Shown here: piece after piece, positions 1 to 10,777 of the stretch
Numbering within the stretch: position 1 is the stretch's first letter
Layout: each line of letters begins with the position of its first letter
NCBI GenBank assembly: GCA_024413595.1
Contig: JAKSUC010000011.1
Coordinates: forward strand, 5,343-69,342
DNA: 64,000 bases
Reading direction: 5' to 3'
Origin: Bacteroidales bacterium
Lineage (GTDB): Bacteria > Bacteroidota > Bacteroidia > Bacteroidales > UBA3824
Notes under the pieces: generated by a model
Databases searched by the model: none
Told to the model about the DNA's origin: nothing
Seen by the model: the letters and a program-made list of their open reading frames with translations, nothing else
Program-made: the position numbers and the translations under genes

Positions 1-113
1 ATAAGGTCAGAAACAGCTTGTTCAAGTTTTTCTTTAGTCATAGCTGCAATACCAATACCTTGATAGATAAGTTTTTTAATTAAACCATCAACATTATCTT
101 TGTTTTCTTCCAT
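1..113 (-). CDS. 5' part of a phasin/PhaF-like (polyhydroxyalkanoate synthesis regulator family) small protein, running off the window edge
   Basis: Reverse complement from ATG at 113 reads MEENKDNVDGLIKKLIYQGIGIAAMTKEKLEQAVSDL, matching the KK-x-x-x-G-I-G-x-A-x-x-T-K-E-K pattern of this family. Confidence 0.55.
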   Translation of the reverse strand, partial: MEENKDNVDGLIKKLIYQGIGIAAMTKEKLEQAVSDL

Positions 114-464
114 TTTTTTGAATTTTTAAAATTATAAAATAATAGTTGCACCAAAATGCTTAAAATGTAAAATCAAAGATATGAATTTTTTTTTGAATAT
201 TAAATCATAAAAAAAATAATTTTTTTTATCACTATATATAATAGAAAACTCAAAAAAAATAAATCATAAAAATAATTTTTTAAAAAATGAATGCAACATA
301 TTTTTTTAGTTGCCGTTTATTGATTTTGTAATTTGAGAAAATAAAGGGTATTTAAAATTTAACAAAAAATAAAACTACGAAAATTGACTTTTTTAGTCAT
401 AGTTCGTAAATTGCATACGAGATTACAATTAATTTAATTATAAACAAACAAATTCTACAAAAAA

Positions 465-1274
465 ATGAAAAAATTTTTAAGCGTAGCAACATTTGCAGCT
501 CTTTGCTGCATGGGTTTAATGACAACCACTACAATGACATCTTGTTCAGATGACGATTCAACAGACAGTGCTCCAGCAATTGATGAACAAATCAATTTCA
601 GCGATTTAGTAGCAGTAGCAAAACCAGACGGAACAATCGAAATTTCAGGTAATGTTACAGCAAACACAAAAATCAAAACATTGGAATTACAAACTCCAGA
701 TGGTAAAACAATCGTTGACTTAAAGAAAGAAGGTGATCAATCAAAAGCTAAAGCTATTGATGAAGCAGGTGAAAAACAAAAAACTTTCACTTTAGCAATT
801 CCAACAACTCCAGTAGCTGTTCAAAAAATGGTTTTAGTTGGTAAAACAAGAGGAGACAAAAAAGCAAGTGCAGAAATTGGACAAGATTATTCATTTGTTT
901 GCGGAGCTGGTTCAAAATCAAGTGAAGGTTCTTATGTATCATTAGTTAACAAGAAAAACTACAAAGTAGCTGATGTAAAAGAATTAACAGAAAAAGTTAT
1001 TGATTTAGTTTGTCTTGATGATAAAACATTCCAAGTACCTTCTGCTGCAAAAACTCAATATGCAAATGCATTTGGAAAATCAGCAGTATTTGATTCTAAT
1101 GGAAAATCAGTAGACGCAGCTGCAAGTGGTACTATTATCACATCAACAGGTTGTATTGCTACATTCAGCGCAACAAATGCTGCAAGTGGTGATTACGATG
1201 TAACTATTTCAGGTGTAGTTATCGATTCTAAAGTTTTCAAAATTGATGCTTCAGGCGTAAGTCTACACAAATAA
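465..1274 (+). CDS. Hypothetical surface lipoprotein
   Basis: 269-aa ORF; signal peptide ending MTSC followed by acidic SDDD (lipoprotein export-type signal); terminator downstream. Confidence 0.75.
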   Translation: MKKFLSVATFAALCCMGLMTTTTMTSCSDDDSTDSAPAIDEQINFSDLVAVAKPDGTIEISGNVTANTKIKTLELQTPDGKTIVDLKKEGDQSKAKAIDEAGEKQKTFTLAIPTTPVAVQKMVLVGKTRGDKKASAEIGQDYSFVCGAGSKSSEGSYVSLVNKKNYKVADVKELTEKVIDLVCLDDKTFQVPSAAKTQYANAFGKSAVFDSNGKSVDAAASGTIITSTGCIATFSATNAASGDYDVTISGVVIDSKVFKIDASGVSLHK

Positions 1275-1300
1275 TTTGAAATAACAAATTATTAAAATAT

Positions 1301-1332
1301 AAAAGCTATCCATTAATTTGGATAGCTTTTTT
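1301..1332 (+). terminator. Rho-independent terminator
   Basis: AAAAGCTATCCA-ttaatt-TGGATAGCTTTT followed by a T tract. Confidence 0.8.
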
Positions 1333-1364
1333 TGTAATTTTTTTTGAAAAATAAAAAAAAGAAA

Positions 1365-1372
1365 TAATTTTG
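1365..1372 (+). promoter_or_regulatory. Bacteroidetes sigma-70 -7 element (TAnnTTTG)
   Basis: TAATTTTG about 70 nt upstream of the ATG at 1441. Confidence 0.5.
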
Positions 1373-1440
1373 CAACATTAAACCTCAAAATCAAATAAAA
1401 TAGCTTCAATAATTTTTATATTTAACTTTAAAAAAACAAA

Positions 1441-2802
1441 ATGATGAAAAAAAAATTCAAGCCATTATTCGTAGCAATGCTTTTCACATTTACTTTTAGC
1501 GCAATGTTCTGTTCTTGTAACAAAGATGATGATGACAACAATCCTAAAGACAATCCAAAAGATGAAACACAATTAAAAAAACCAGGAACTTTAATAAATT
1601 GTAAATGGGACGTAGATACTAAAGATAATTTTTTTGGAGATATAATAGAACAACTAATAGAAGACAAAAAATCTATAAATTATATAAAAATAGATGTAAA
1701 TAGCAAAGAAGAATCTTCATTTATTGTTGGAGGAGAAAATAGTGATTGCGAAACTATATATGCTGTATTAACAGGAGATACTTTAAAACTTAGTACACGA
1801 GCAGATTCTATTTATACAAATAAGTATGCAGGTAGAATGTTTAATTCTTTTACAAATGCGAAATTCATAAATCTCGAAAAACTCAATGTTAGTAAAACTG
1901 AAGATTTTTCATATATGTTTAGTAGTTGCAATGCTATTGAAAAACTCGATTTGTCTTCGTGGAAAATGGATAAAGCAATAAATCTATCTCACATGTTTTA
2001 TTCTTGCGAATCTTTAAAAGAAATAAATCTTTCTAATTGGAAATTAATTTATTGCGAAGATATGAGTTATACTTTTGCATATTGTAAATCTTTAGAAAAT
2101 TTAATATTTGATAAATCAGGAATAAGTTCAGAAAATTTAGAATCAACTTTTTATGGATGCTCAAGTTTAAAAAGTATAGATTTATCAAATTGGTATTGTC
2201 CATTTTGTACTAAAGCAAATGATATGTTTTACAAATGTACAAATTTAGAATCTGTAAATTTAGAAACAATAGATTTACAAAGTTGTGAAGATATGTCAGG
2301 CATGTTTTGCAATTGTGAAAATATAAAAAGTATCGACATGTCAAAATTAAACACAATTAAATCATTATCCTTTGCAGGAATGTTTGCCAATTGCAAAAAA
2401 TTAGAAAAAGTAGAATTTCCATCTAATGTATTTGGATTAAACAAATGCGAAAATTTTTCACGAATGTTTTTTAATTGTTACGAATTAAAAGATATAGATT
2501 TATCAAAATTATCAGTAATAAAAGGAACTGATTTTTCAGAAATGTTTTATCAATGTAAAAGTTTAGAAAAAGCAGATTTAAAAAAATGGCAATTATCAGG
2601 AAGTGATGTGTTGTATGATATGTTTTGTTATTGTGAAAATTTAAAGGAGTTGCGAATGCCAATTTCAAATCTATCAGACAAAGCTCGTTTAGATGGATTT
2701 TTGTATAAAGTAACAGCAAAAGTAATTTGCAATAAAGATACAAAAGCAAAATTATTAGCACAAAATAATAAATTTGCTGGCTCTTGGGAAATAACCGACT
2801 AA
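1441..2802 (+). CDS. BspA-like / DUF285 leucine-rich-repeat surface lipoprotein
   Basis: Lipobox CSC-NKDDDD; about 11 repeats of ~26 aa of type MFxxCxxLxxIDLSxW. Confidence 0.85.
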   Translation: MMKKKFKPLFVAMLFTFTFSAMFCSCNKDDDDNNPKDNPKDETQLKKPGTLINCKWDVDTKDNFFGDIIEQLIEDKKSINYIKIDVNSKEESSFIVGGENSDCETIYAVLTGDTLKLSTRADSIYTNKYAGRMFNSFTNAKFINLEKLNVSKTEDFSYMFSSCNAIEKLDLSSWKMDKAINLSHMFYSCESLKEINLSNWKLIYCEDMSYTFAYCKSLENLIFDKSGISSENLESTFYGCSSLKSIDLSNWYCPFCTKANDMFYKCTNLESVNLETIDLQSCEDMSGMFCNCENIKSIDMSKLNTIKSLSFAGMFANCKKLEKVEFPSNVFGLNKCENFSRMFFNCYELKDIDLSKLSVIKGTDFSEMFYQCKSLEKADLKKWQLSGSDVLYDMFCYCENLKELRMPISNLSDKARLDGFLYKVTAKVICNKDTKAKLLAQNNKFAGSWEITD

Positions 2803-2966
2803 CCAAAATTTAAAGTACAAAAAAGCCATCCGCACCAAAAATGCGGAGTTTTTTATTTTTAACATTTTTTACACAATAAAATTTATTTTTTTGCATTATA
2901 AAAATGTTTCATTAGAAAAATATAACTTAAATTTTATTATAAACAATTCAATAACACTTTCAAAAA

Positions 2967-3911
2967 ATGAAAAAATTCAATTTTATGCCATTTATAATGG
3001 CAATTTTATTGACAAGTATGTCAATATTTATAACATCATGTGATAAAGATGATGATGAAAATACGCCTTCAAAAACAACACAAAAATCATCACCACTAAT
3101 AGAATCAAAATCATTTCAAAACAAATTAGAAGGTAAATATAGCAAAAGTGTATTTGAAATAAAATACATAAAATTTGAAAATCATACAAAAGAAGCAGAA
3201 AGTGATAGATTTACAACACGTTTATCATCAGAAGACAGCGAAACACCAATTTTTAGTATAATATCAGACGACACTTTAAAAATCTGTACACCAACAGATA
3301 GTATTATTTTACCAGAAAAATGTGATTATTTGTTTAGTAAATTTGAAAAAGTAGAAGAAATTTTAAATACAAAAATATTAAACATTTCAAAAGTAACAAG
3401 TTTAGAAGGAATGTTTTCTACATGTAAATCATTAACTAAAATAGAAGATATTGAAACATGGAATGTAGAAAATGTAGAATATTTTTCAGGAATGTTTTAT
3501 GCTTGTACAAAACTACAAAATATAAATATCGAAAATTGGAAAGTGTCAAACAAAGCCAAAAAATTTGATTATATGTTTTCACAATGTGGAGTAGAAAAAC
3601 TAAATCTAGAAAAATGGAATACAGAATCGGTAGAAACCATGGAAAATATGTTTTATATAAGTAAAATAAAAACATTTTCAGGCAAAGGCTGGAATACATT
3701 AAAATGTAATAATTTTACAAACATCTTTGACAAAACAACAATAGAAGAATTAGATTTAACCAATTGGAAAATAAACGACAACGAAGAAACACAAGAATCT
3801 GCCAAAAGTATGATTTCAGGTTCACAATCAATACATATAACCTGTTCAAAAGAAATACAATCAATAATAAAAGTCTATTTAGCAGGAGCAACATGGACAC
3901 TAGTAGACTAA
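2967..3911 (+). CDS. BspA-like / DUF285 LRR surface lipoprotein (shorter paralog)
   Basis: Lipobox ITSC-DKDDDE; repeats such as WNVENVEYFSGMFYAC, WNTESVETMENMF. Confidence 0.8.
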   Translation: MKKFNFMPFIMAILLTSMSIFITSCDKDDDENTPSKTTQKSSPLIESKSFQNKLEGKYSKSVFEIKYIKFENHTKEAESDRFTTRLSSEDSETPIFSIISDDTLKICTPTDSIILPEKCDYLFSKFEKVEEILNTKILNISKVTSLEGMFSTCKSLTKIEDIETWNVENVEYFSGMFYACTKLQNINIENWKVSNKAKKFDYMFSQCGVEKLNLEKWNTESVETMENMFYISKIKTFSGKGWNTLKCNNFTNIFDKTTIEELDLTNWKINDNEETQESAKSMISGSQSIHITCSKEIQSIIKVYLAGATWTLVD

Positions 3912-3930
3912 AATAGTAATACACACACAA

Positions 3931-3964
3931 AAAAAGAGACATAATAAATTATGTCTCTTTTTTT
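3931..3964 (+). terminator. Rho-independent terminator
   Basis: AAAAAGAGACATAAT-aa-ATTATGTCTCTTTTT. Confidence 0.8.
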
Positions 3965-4087
3965 ATTTAATCTCAATATTAAACAAAAATAAAAAAATTA
4001 ATGAAAAAATCACTTAAAAACGTCAACCTATTAAAAAAAAGTTGTATATTTGCATTATTAAATAAGTAATAACCAAAGACTAAAAAC

Positions 4088-4468
4088 ATGGCAGTAAGAA
4101 AAAAGGGACCAGCTCCCAAAGAAGGAAAACAAAGTGCAACCAAAAGCACATGTAAAAAAGCTATTGAAACCGAAGAGCAAGAATCAATATTTAGCTCTAC
4201 CAAAGTTAAAACATTGTTTTCAATAACAAAAGAAGAAGCAAATAACGCAAAAACTGTTACACTCGCTGGTGATTTTAACAATTGGGACAAAGAAATCACA
4301 GTAATGAAATACGATTGCAGAGCCAAAATTTTCAAAGCAGAAATTGAGCTAGAAAAAGGCGTTCATCAATTTCGTTATGTATTTGATGGCAAAGTATGGG
4401 GCAACGATCCAAAATATCCTACTGAAGAAAATGATTTGGGTGTAAACTCAATTATTGAAGTAAAATAA
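4088..4468 (+). CDS. Isoamylase early-set / CBM48-like glycogen-binding domain protein
   Basis: VTLAGDFNNWD and HQFRYVFDGKVWGND motifs; TATATTTG promoter element at 4045-4052. Confidence 0.8.
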   Translation: MAVRKKGPAPKEGKQSATKSTCKKAIETEEQESIFSSTKVKTLFSITKEEANNAKTVTLAGDFNNWDKEITVMKYDCRAKIFKAEIELEKGVHQFRYVFDGKVWGNDPKYPTEENDLGVNSIIEVK

Positions 4469-4556
4469 TTTTTGGAAAAAAAGTTAAAAAAAGCAAAATG
4501 ATATTTCATTTTGCTTTTTTTTTTGAACTTTGCAATTTGAAAACAAATTTGATAAA

Positions 4557-5318
4557 ATGAAGTTAGAAGCACAACACTTAATAAAAATATACGGTAAAAG
4601 AACGGTAGTAAAAGACGTATCCATAAATGTTTCGCAAGGAGAAATAGTAGGATTGTTAGGACCTAATGGAGCAGGAAAAACCACCTCGTTTTATATGATA
4701 GTTGGTTTAATAAAACCCAACGGAGGAAATATATTTCTTGACGATACAGAAATAACCAAACATCCGATGTATCGAAGAGCACAACTAGGCGTTGGATATT
4801 TACCCCAAGAAGCCTCAGTTTTTCGTCAAATGAGCGTTGAAGATAATATTAAATCAGTGATGGAAGTTCGCGGATTTAGTAAAGAATATCAAAAAGAAAA
4901 ACTTGAAAGTTTAATAGAAGAATTTGGATTAGGAAGAATTCGCAAAAGTTTAGGAATACAATTATCAGGAGGAGAACGCCGTAGAACCGAAATAGCTAGA
5001 GCATTGGCAGTAGATCCCAAATTTATATTGCTAGACGAACCATTTGCAGGTGTTGACCCAATAGCAGTAGAAGATATTCAAGGTATAGTTGCAAAACTAA
5101 AGAACAAAAACATCGGAATTTTAATTACCGACCATAATGTTGATGAGACATTACAAATTACCGACCGAGCATATCTGCTTTATGATGGTAAAATATTACA
5201 AGCTGGAACGCCAGAAGATTTGGCAAATGATCCAGAAGTTAGAAGAGTTTATCTTGGTAAAAACTTTGTTTTAAAACGTCCAGCATTTGTAACTCAAAAC
5301 AATACAAATGCAGACTAA
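4557..5318 (+). CDS. lptB: LPS export ABC transporter ATP-binding protein
   Basis: [62 protein letters not shown]; ATG at 4557 preferred over the upstream TTG. Confidence 0.95.
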   Translation: MKLEAQHLIKIYGKRTVVKDVSINVSQGEIVGLLGPNGAGKTTSFYMIVGLIKPNGGNIFLDDTEITKHPMYRRAQLGVGYLPQEASVFRQMSVEDNIKSVMEVRGFSKEYQKEKLESLIEEFGLGRIRKSLGIQLSGGERRRTEIARALAVDPKFILLDEPFAGVDPIAVEDIQGIVAKLKNKNIGILITDHNVDETLQITDRAYLLYDGKILQAGTPEDLANDPEVRRVYLGKNFVLKRPAFVTQNNTNAD

Positions 5319-5373
5319 CAAGAAATATATCCAAGTAATCAAGAAATATCAAATAATAATTAATTCAACAACA

Positions 5374-6150
5374 ATGGAATTAAAACTTAAAAAACCAATA
5401 GCCTTTTTTGATTTAGAGGCTACTGGAATAAATGTTTCAAGCGACAGAATAATAGAGATTTGTGTATTAAAAATAAATCCAGATCATACCGAAGAAACAT
5501 TTGTATCAAGAGTAAATCCACAAATGCCAATTAGCAAAGAAGCAATAGAAATAACAGGAATTAAAGACGAAGATTTAAAAGATTGTCCAACATTTGCAGA
5601 AATAGCACCACGATTAAACAAGTTTTTAGAAAATTGTGATTTTGGAGGATTTAATTCCAATAAATTTGATATACCAATGTTGGCAGAAGAATTTTTGAGA
5701 GCCAACATAGATTTTGATATGCGCAAACGTCATTCAGTAGACGTACAAGTGATATATCACAAATTAGAACAACGAAATTTAACGGCTGCATATAAATTTT
5801 ATTGCAACAAAGATTTAACCGAAGCCCATACCGCAATGGCAGATACCAAAGCAACTTACGAAGTGTTAAAAGCACAGTTAGATAAATATCCCAATGATAT
5901 AGAAAACGATATAGAAAAACTTGCAACATTCTCAAATCAAACCAATTGTGTAGATTTTGCAGGTAGAATAATATATAACGAAAAAGGCGAAGAAATAATT
6001 AATTTTGGTAAATATAAAGGTGTAAAAGTAGAAGACGTTTTCAAAAAAGAGCCTGGATATTATGCGTGGGTAATGAATGGAGATTTTCCATTATATACAA
6101 AAAAAGTGTTAACTGCCTTAAAATTACGAGGAGCTGCATTTAATAAATAA
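5374..6150 (+). CDS. DEDDh 3'-5' exonuclease (DNA polymerase III epsilon-like)
   Basis: FFDLEATG, FNSNKFDIPML, AHTAMADT motifs, C-terminal NFGKYKG; start MELKLKKP at 5374. Confidence 0.9.
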   Translation: MELKLKKPIAFFDLEATGINVSSDRIIEICVLKINPDHTEETFVSRVNPQMPISKEAIEITGIKDEDLKDCPTFAEIAPRLNKFLENCDFGGFNSNKFDIPMLAEEFLRANIDFDMRKRHSVDVQVIYHKLEQRNLTAAYKFYCNKDLTEAHTAMADTKATYEVLKAQLDKYPNDIENDIEKLATFSNQTNCVDFAGRIIYNEKGEEIINFGKYKGVKVEDVFKKEPGYYAWVMNGDFPLYTKKVLTALKLRGAAFNK

Positions 6151-6279
6151 AAAAAAATAAAAAAAATTACCTTTTTTTGTAACAGTTTCAAAAAAAAACT
6201 GTATAATTGCACAGAAAATAGTAATGGAAAAACCAATACTACATAAAATAAATTAATAACTCTCTAAAATAAAATAAAA

Positions 6280-6669
6280 ATGGCTGAAGAAAATGCAAAT
6301 TTAGGAGAAAATACTCCTGCCAATGTAGAACCAACAAGTTCTAATGATAAAACTAATGGTATATTATGTTATTTAGGAATTTTAGTATTGATTCCTTTCT
6401 TAACAGTAAAAGAAGGTCAAAGAAGTGAATACCTAATTAAACATTTACGTCAAGGTTTTGGTTTACTTATCACAGGAGTTGCTGCTTCTATAATTAAAGT
6501 ATTATTATCAATGATTAGTAGTACATTTGGCGGATTAGTATATATGGTATTAGGTATATTAATCTTTGTAATGTTCATTTGTGGCCTAATTAATTCAATT
6601 AAAGGGCAATACAAAGACCTTCCTATATTAGGAGGATTTTTTGATAAAAATTTAACTTTTATAAAATAA
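6280..6669 (+). CDS. DUF4870-like small membrane protein
   Basis: GILCYLGILVLIP...HLRQGFGL...KDLPILG; three hydrophobic segments. Confidence 0.7.
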   Translation: MAEENANLGENTPANVEPTSSNDKTNGILCYLGILVLIPFLTVKEGQRSEYLIKHLRQGFGLLITGVAASIIKVLLSMISSTFGGLVYMVLGILIFVMFICGLINSIKGQYKDLPILGGFFDKNLTFIK

Positions 6670-6686
6670 TAAAAGTTTAAAAACAT

Positions 6687-6722
6687 AAAAAAAGCTGGCA
6701 AAATTTTGTCAGCTTTTTTTTA
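6687..6722. terminator. Bidirectional terminator between convergent genes
   Basis: A tract-GCTGGCAAAA/TTTTGTCAGC-T tract. Confidence 0.75.
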
Positions 6723-6736
6723 TTAATTAATTTTTG

Positions 6737-8650
6737 CTATTCTACATTAATAATTTCATAATCACCAGATTCATTTAGTTTTACGATTCCGTCATCAATC
6801 ATATTTTTTAAAACAGTTAAAATTTCGTCAGGTTCAAATTTTAAATTATATACAATATCATTAAAGTTTTGAGGAACGTTTTGAATATATTTATAAACAG
6901 CATCAAAAATTTTTTCAAAAACGTCACCTTCAATTTCTTTATTTTTTTGAGATTTACAAACGTCACACTCACCACAATTTTGCGTGTTAGTTTCTCCAAA
7001 ATATTCAATCAACTGACGACTACGACATTTATTATTATTAACACAATATTTAATAACAGCATTAATTTGTTGAGTGTATCTATCTTTTAATAAATCATAG
7101 CTTTCAGGCGAAATAATAAGATTTTTTTCATCGAGACGTTCTTCGGTAAAAAATAAAAAAGGAGTCTTTTTTTGCGGAATGTAACTTATAATTTTTTGAG
7201 AAGCCATTTTTTTTAAAAAGTCAATAATAGTATCTTTGCTACATTTTAAATTATTGGCAATAGCTTGTTCATCAATTTCGGCATAATTTCCAAAAAGCCC
7301 AGTATATCCACGTAACAAAGTTTTAATTAAAGCATCAAGTTTAGCATTAGCCACTTGAAATTTGTATAAATCATCACGATTAATATTAAACATAACGCGA
7401 GAACCTACAAAAACTTCTTCAGTAGTTTCGATATAACCATTTCGTTGAAGAATTTTTAAAGCCCCCATACATTGCATAATGTTAAGGTTATAACGTTCAA
7501 CAAAATCACCTAATTTAAATTCAAAGGCTTTTCCTTTAGCAGCGCCAATAGGAACTTGGAAATAATTACCTAAAGCATTATAAATATTTTTGATATAAGA
7601 TTTAGGAGGAAACGAATTAGTAATATTACGTCTAAGATTTGCAATATCATTTTCATCATAAAGCAAAATTGCGTATGCCGTTTTTTCGTCACGACCGCCA
7701 CGACCAGCTTCTTGAAAATAAGCTTCTAAACTGTCAGGAATATCAAGATGAGCCACAAAACGCACATCAGGTTTATCAATTCCCATTCCAAAAGCGTTAG
7801 TAGAACAAATAATTCTAGTTTTGCCATCTTTCCATTGTTGTTGTCTAAAGTCTTTGTAAGCTTGAGTTAAACCAGCATGAAAATAGTCAGCAGAAACACC
7901 ATTTTTTTGAAGAAATTCAGCAGCTTCTCTAGTTTTTTTTCTGTTACGAACATAAACGACGCCAGTACCTGGTTGATTTTTAACAATTTTCATCAAATAA
8001 CTATATTTATCAACCACATGTCGAACAATGTAAATAAGATTTTTACGAGCGAAACTCTTTTTAAAAAGATTTTTTTCTTTAAACAAAAGTTTATCTTGAA
8101 TATCATCAGCCACTTGAGGGGTAGCAGTTGCAGTTAAAGCTAAAACAGGAACATTAGGTAAAAATTTTCTGACATCAGCAATTTTGAGATACGAAGGTCT
8201 AAAGTCGTAGCCCCATTGCGAAATACAATGAGCCTCATCAATAGCTAAAATATTAACATTAATAGATTTAAGGCGTTCAAGAAATAGCTCAGTAGATAAA
8301 CGTTCCGGAGAAATATATAAAAATTTTGTATTACCAAAAGTACAAGAGTCAAAAGCAGCTTGCATTTCTTGAAAAGTTAAACCAGAATAAATAGCAACTG
8401 CTTTGATATTACGTTTTTTTAAATTTTCAACTTGATCTTTCATTAAAGCAATCAAAGGAGTGATAACAATACACACTCCATCCATGCTTAAAGCTGGCAC
8501 TTGAAAAATAATACTTTTACCACCGCCAGTTGGCAAAAGGCCTAAAGTATCTTTTTTATCATCGGCAACAGATTTAATAATATCTTCTTGTAGAGGACGA
8601 AACGAACTGTATCCCCAATATTTACGCAATATGTCGGTATATATACTCAT
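6737..8650 (-). CDS. recQ: ATP-dependent DNA helicase, RecQ family
   Basis: LPTGGGKS, DEAHCISQWGYDFRPSY, ALTATAT, QEAGRGGRD, Zn-binding CRSR..CGECDVC; start MSIYTDIL at 8650. Confidence 0.92.
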   Translation of the reverse strand: MSIYTDILRKYWGYSSFRPLQEDIIKSVADDKKDTLGLLPTGGGKSIIFQVPALSMDGVCIVITPLIALMKDQVENLKKRNIKAVAIYSGLTFQEMQAAFDSCTFGNTKFLYISPERLSTELFLERLKSINVNILAIDEAHCISQWGYDFRPSYLKIADVRKFLPNVPVLALTATATPQVADDIQDKLLFKEKNLFKKSFARKNLIYIVRHVVDKYSYLMKIVKNQPGTGVVYVRNRKKTREAAEFLQKNGVSADYFHAGLTQAYKDFRQQQWKDGKTRIICSTNAFGMGIDKPDVRFVAHLDIPDSLEAYFQEAGRGGRDEKTAYAILLYDENDIANLRRNITNSFPPKSYIKNIYNALGNYFQVPIGAAKGKAFEFKLGDFVERYNLNIMQCMGALKILQRNGYIETTEEVFVGSRVMFNINRDDLYKFQVANAKLDALIKTLLRGYTGLFGNYAEIDEQAIANNLKCSKDTIIDFLKKMASQKIISYIPQKKTPFLFFTEERLDEKNLIISPESYDLLKDRYTQQINAVIKYCVNNNKCRSRQLIEYFGETNTQNCGECDVCKSQKNKEIEGDVFEKIFDAVYKYIQNVPQNFNDIVYNLKFEPDEILTVLKNMIDDGIVKLNESGDYEIINVE

Positions 8651-8827
8651 ATTTACAAAGATAATAAATATAAATTTAATCATTAAAAAAATAATCTTAT
8701 TATTTAGTCAAATTACGTTAAAAAAGATGGTCAAAGATGAATAATTTACTAATTTTGTCAAAATTTCCGATTTTATGACTTTGTCGGAATTTAAATTTTA
8801 ATAATTTATTGTTGAATATTATTAAAA

Positions 8828-10777
8828 ATGAGAAAAATATTATTTATATTAAGCATTTTATTAATTACAAAATCAAACCTATTTTCACAACAAGGAGAAT
8901 GTATATTTACAATAGATAATAGTTTAAATGTATATTCCGATGAATTTATGAGAGAATGTTCTTCTATAATTAATTTTGAAGATACAACTGGCATAAACGA
9001 AATGTTAAATAATTATGCAGATTATAGATTGCAAATATACGAAGCATATCAAAAAAAATTGGATACAACAGCCGAAATACGTTCAGCAATAGAATACTAC
9101 AAAAATTATTTAGTAGTAAAACATGTAGCAGATAGCAAAAAATCACAAGAAACATTTAATAAAATATTTAAAGATTCAGAAAAACAATATAGAGTATCTC
9201 ATATTCAAATAAATATAAATGATTTATTATTAAACGATTCATTAGCTGCGTATTATAAAGCCGAAAAAATCAAAAATAGAATATTAGGAGGTCAAAAGTT
9301 TGAACTAGCAGCACGTCAAATGTCAGACGATCCCTCAGCAAATTATAATGGTGGCGACTTAGGATATTTAACAATTATGCAAATGCCAGGTAAAGATTTT
9401 GCGAAATATGTTGTTGAAAATAAAGATAATAATGAAATTTCATCACCAATAAGATGTGGAAATTCTTATCATATAATAAAAGTTGTAGATTGTAGACAAG
9501 TAATTGATAGTGTGTCGATATCTTGTATAAAATTAACCAAGACTCATAAATATAGAATTGACGACTCGTTACAAACATTAGCTAATGAAATTTGTGAAAA
9601 ACTAAAATCAGGAGAAAACTTTTTTAATCTACAAAAAAAATATTCTGATGATAAAGCAACCCATAATTTAACATTGTTTGAAGCCATAGATAAATATGGA
9701 ATAGAAATATGTGATTTAAAAAATGAGGGAAATACATATTCAAAACCTATAAATTTTTATGATGGATTTTATATTGTAAGATTAAATTCATTAACAAAAA
9801 CACCTATAGATGAAAAATACAAAGAAAAAATATATTCACAATATTTATTAAGTGACGTATTTGAAAATTATATGTTAGAATTTTTAGATAGTATAAAAAA
9901 TGTTTCAGGTTATACAAAATTAGGAGATTACTCAATATTAAGCAAAGCAATATCAGACTCTTCAATTTATAATGGCAAATGGATTCCCGAAGATGGATTA
10001 TTAGTATTATCAGATAATTTATTTAGTATTGGAACACAAACATATACGATAGGTGATTTTGCTAGATATATTTACGAAACACAAAAAAAGTGTTCAATGC
10101 AAAAAATAAATTCATATTTAACCTATAAATACAATGAAATGGTAAATTATGAAACATATAAACAAGCAATAAAGATGTTATCACGAAAAAATAAAAATTT
10201 TAATATCCAAATTCAAGAATATACCTATCCCCTATTATATCAAAAAATAAAACAATATCACTTATTAACAAATAAAAACATAGATTCAAGTGAAATATCA
10301 GAATATTATGAAACTTGTAAACAAAATTATCTGAGTGGATATAAAATACATATTAGATTTTATGACTATTTAAATGAATCAAACTATAAAAAAGCTAATA
10401 AATTTGCACAAAAATTATCAGAAAATCCCAATATGGCAATAGATTACAATTTAATAAAACCATTAGAAACAGATACATTTCAATTGGGACAAAATAATAA
10501 AGCAGATATAATATTAAATGGATTTAATATAGGCCAATATTCATATCCAGCCGATAGAATAATAAAATTAGAAAATCAACATAATTTGGCAATAATAACA
10601 CTAATATCAGAACCAGAACCATTGCCATTATCAGAAGTATATCAATCAGTATATTCAGAATATTTAAAACATAAAGAAGCAAATTATACAAACACATTAA
10701 AAACAAAATACAACATACAAATAATACCAGAAGCAAACCAAATATTATCAAACGCAATAATAAATTACAACAAATGA
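8828..10777 (+). CDS. Periplasmic parvulin-type peptidyl-prolyl cis-trans isomerase
   Basis: Signal peptide; FELAARQMSDDPSANYNGGDLGY...YHIIKV rotamase motif; second degenerate domain. Confidence 0.8.
   Translation: MRKILFILSILLITKSNLFSQQGECIFTIDNSLNVYSDEFMRECSSIINFEDTTGINEMLNNYADYRLQIYEAYQKKLDTTAEIRSAIEYYKNYLVVKHVADSKKSQETFNKIFKDSEKQYRVSHIQININDLLLNDSLAAYYKAEKIKNRILGGQKFELAARQMSDDPSANYNGGDLGYLTIMQMPGKDFAKYVVENKDNNEISSPIRCGNSYHIIKVVDCRQVIDSVSISCIKLTKTHKYRIDDSLQTLANEICEKLKSGENFFNLQKKYSDDKATHNLTLFEAIDKYGIEICDLKNEGNTYSKPINFYDGFYIVRLNSLTKTPIDEKYKEKIYSQYLLSDVFENYMLEFLDSIKNVSGYTKLGDYSILSKAISDSSIYNGKWIPEDGLLVLSDNLFSIGTQTYTIGDFARYIYETQKKCSMQKINSYLTYKYNEMVNYETYKQAIKMLSRKNKNFNIQIQEYTYPLLYQKIKQYHLLTNKNIDSSEISEYYETCKQNYLSGYKIHIRFYDYLNESNYKKANKFAQKLSENPNMAIDYNLIKPLETDTFQLGQNNKADIILNGFNIGQYSYPADRIIKLENQHNLAIITLISEPEPLPLSEVYQSVYSEYLKHKEANYTNTLKTKYNIQIIPEANQILSNAIINYNK

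Noticed and set aside
1441-3911. Diversity-generating retroelement targets
   Set aside because: No reverse transcriptase and no template/variable repeat pair differing at adenines
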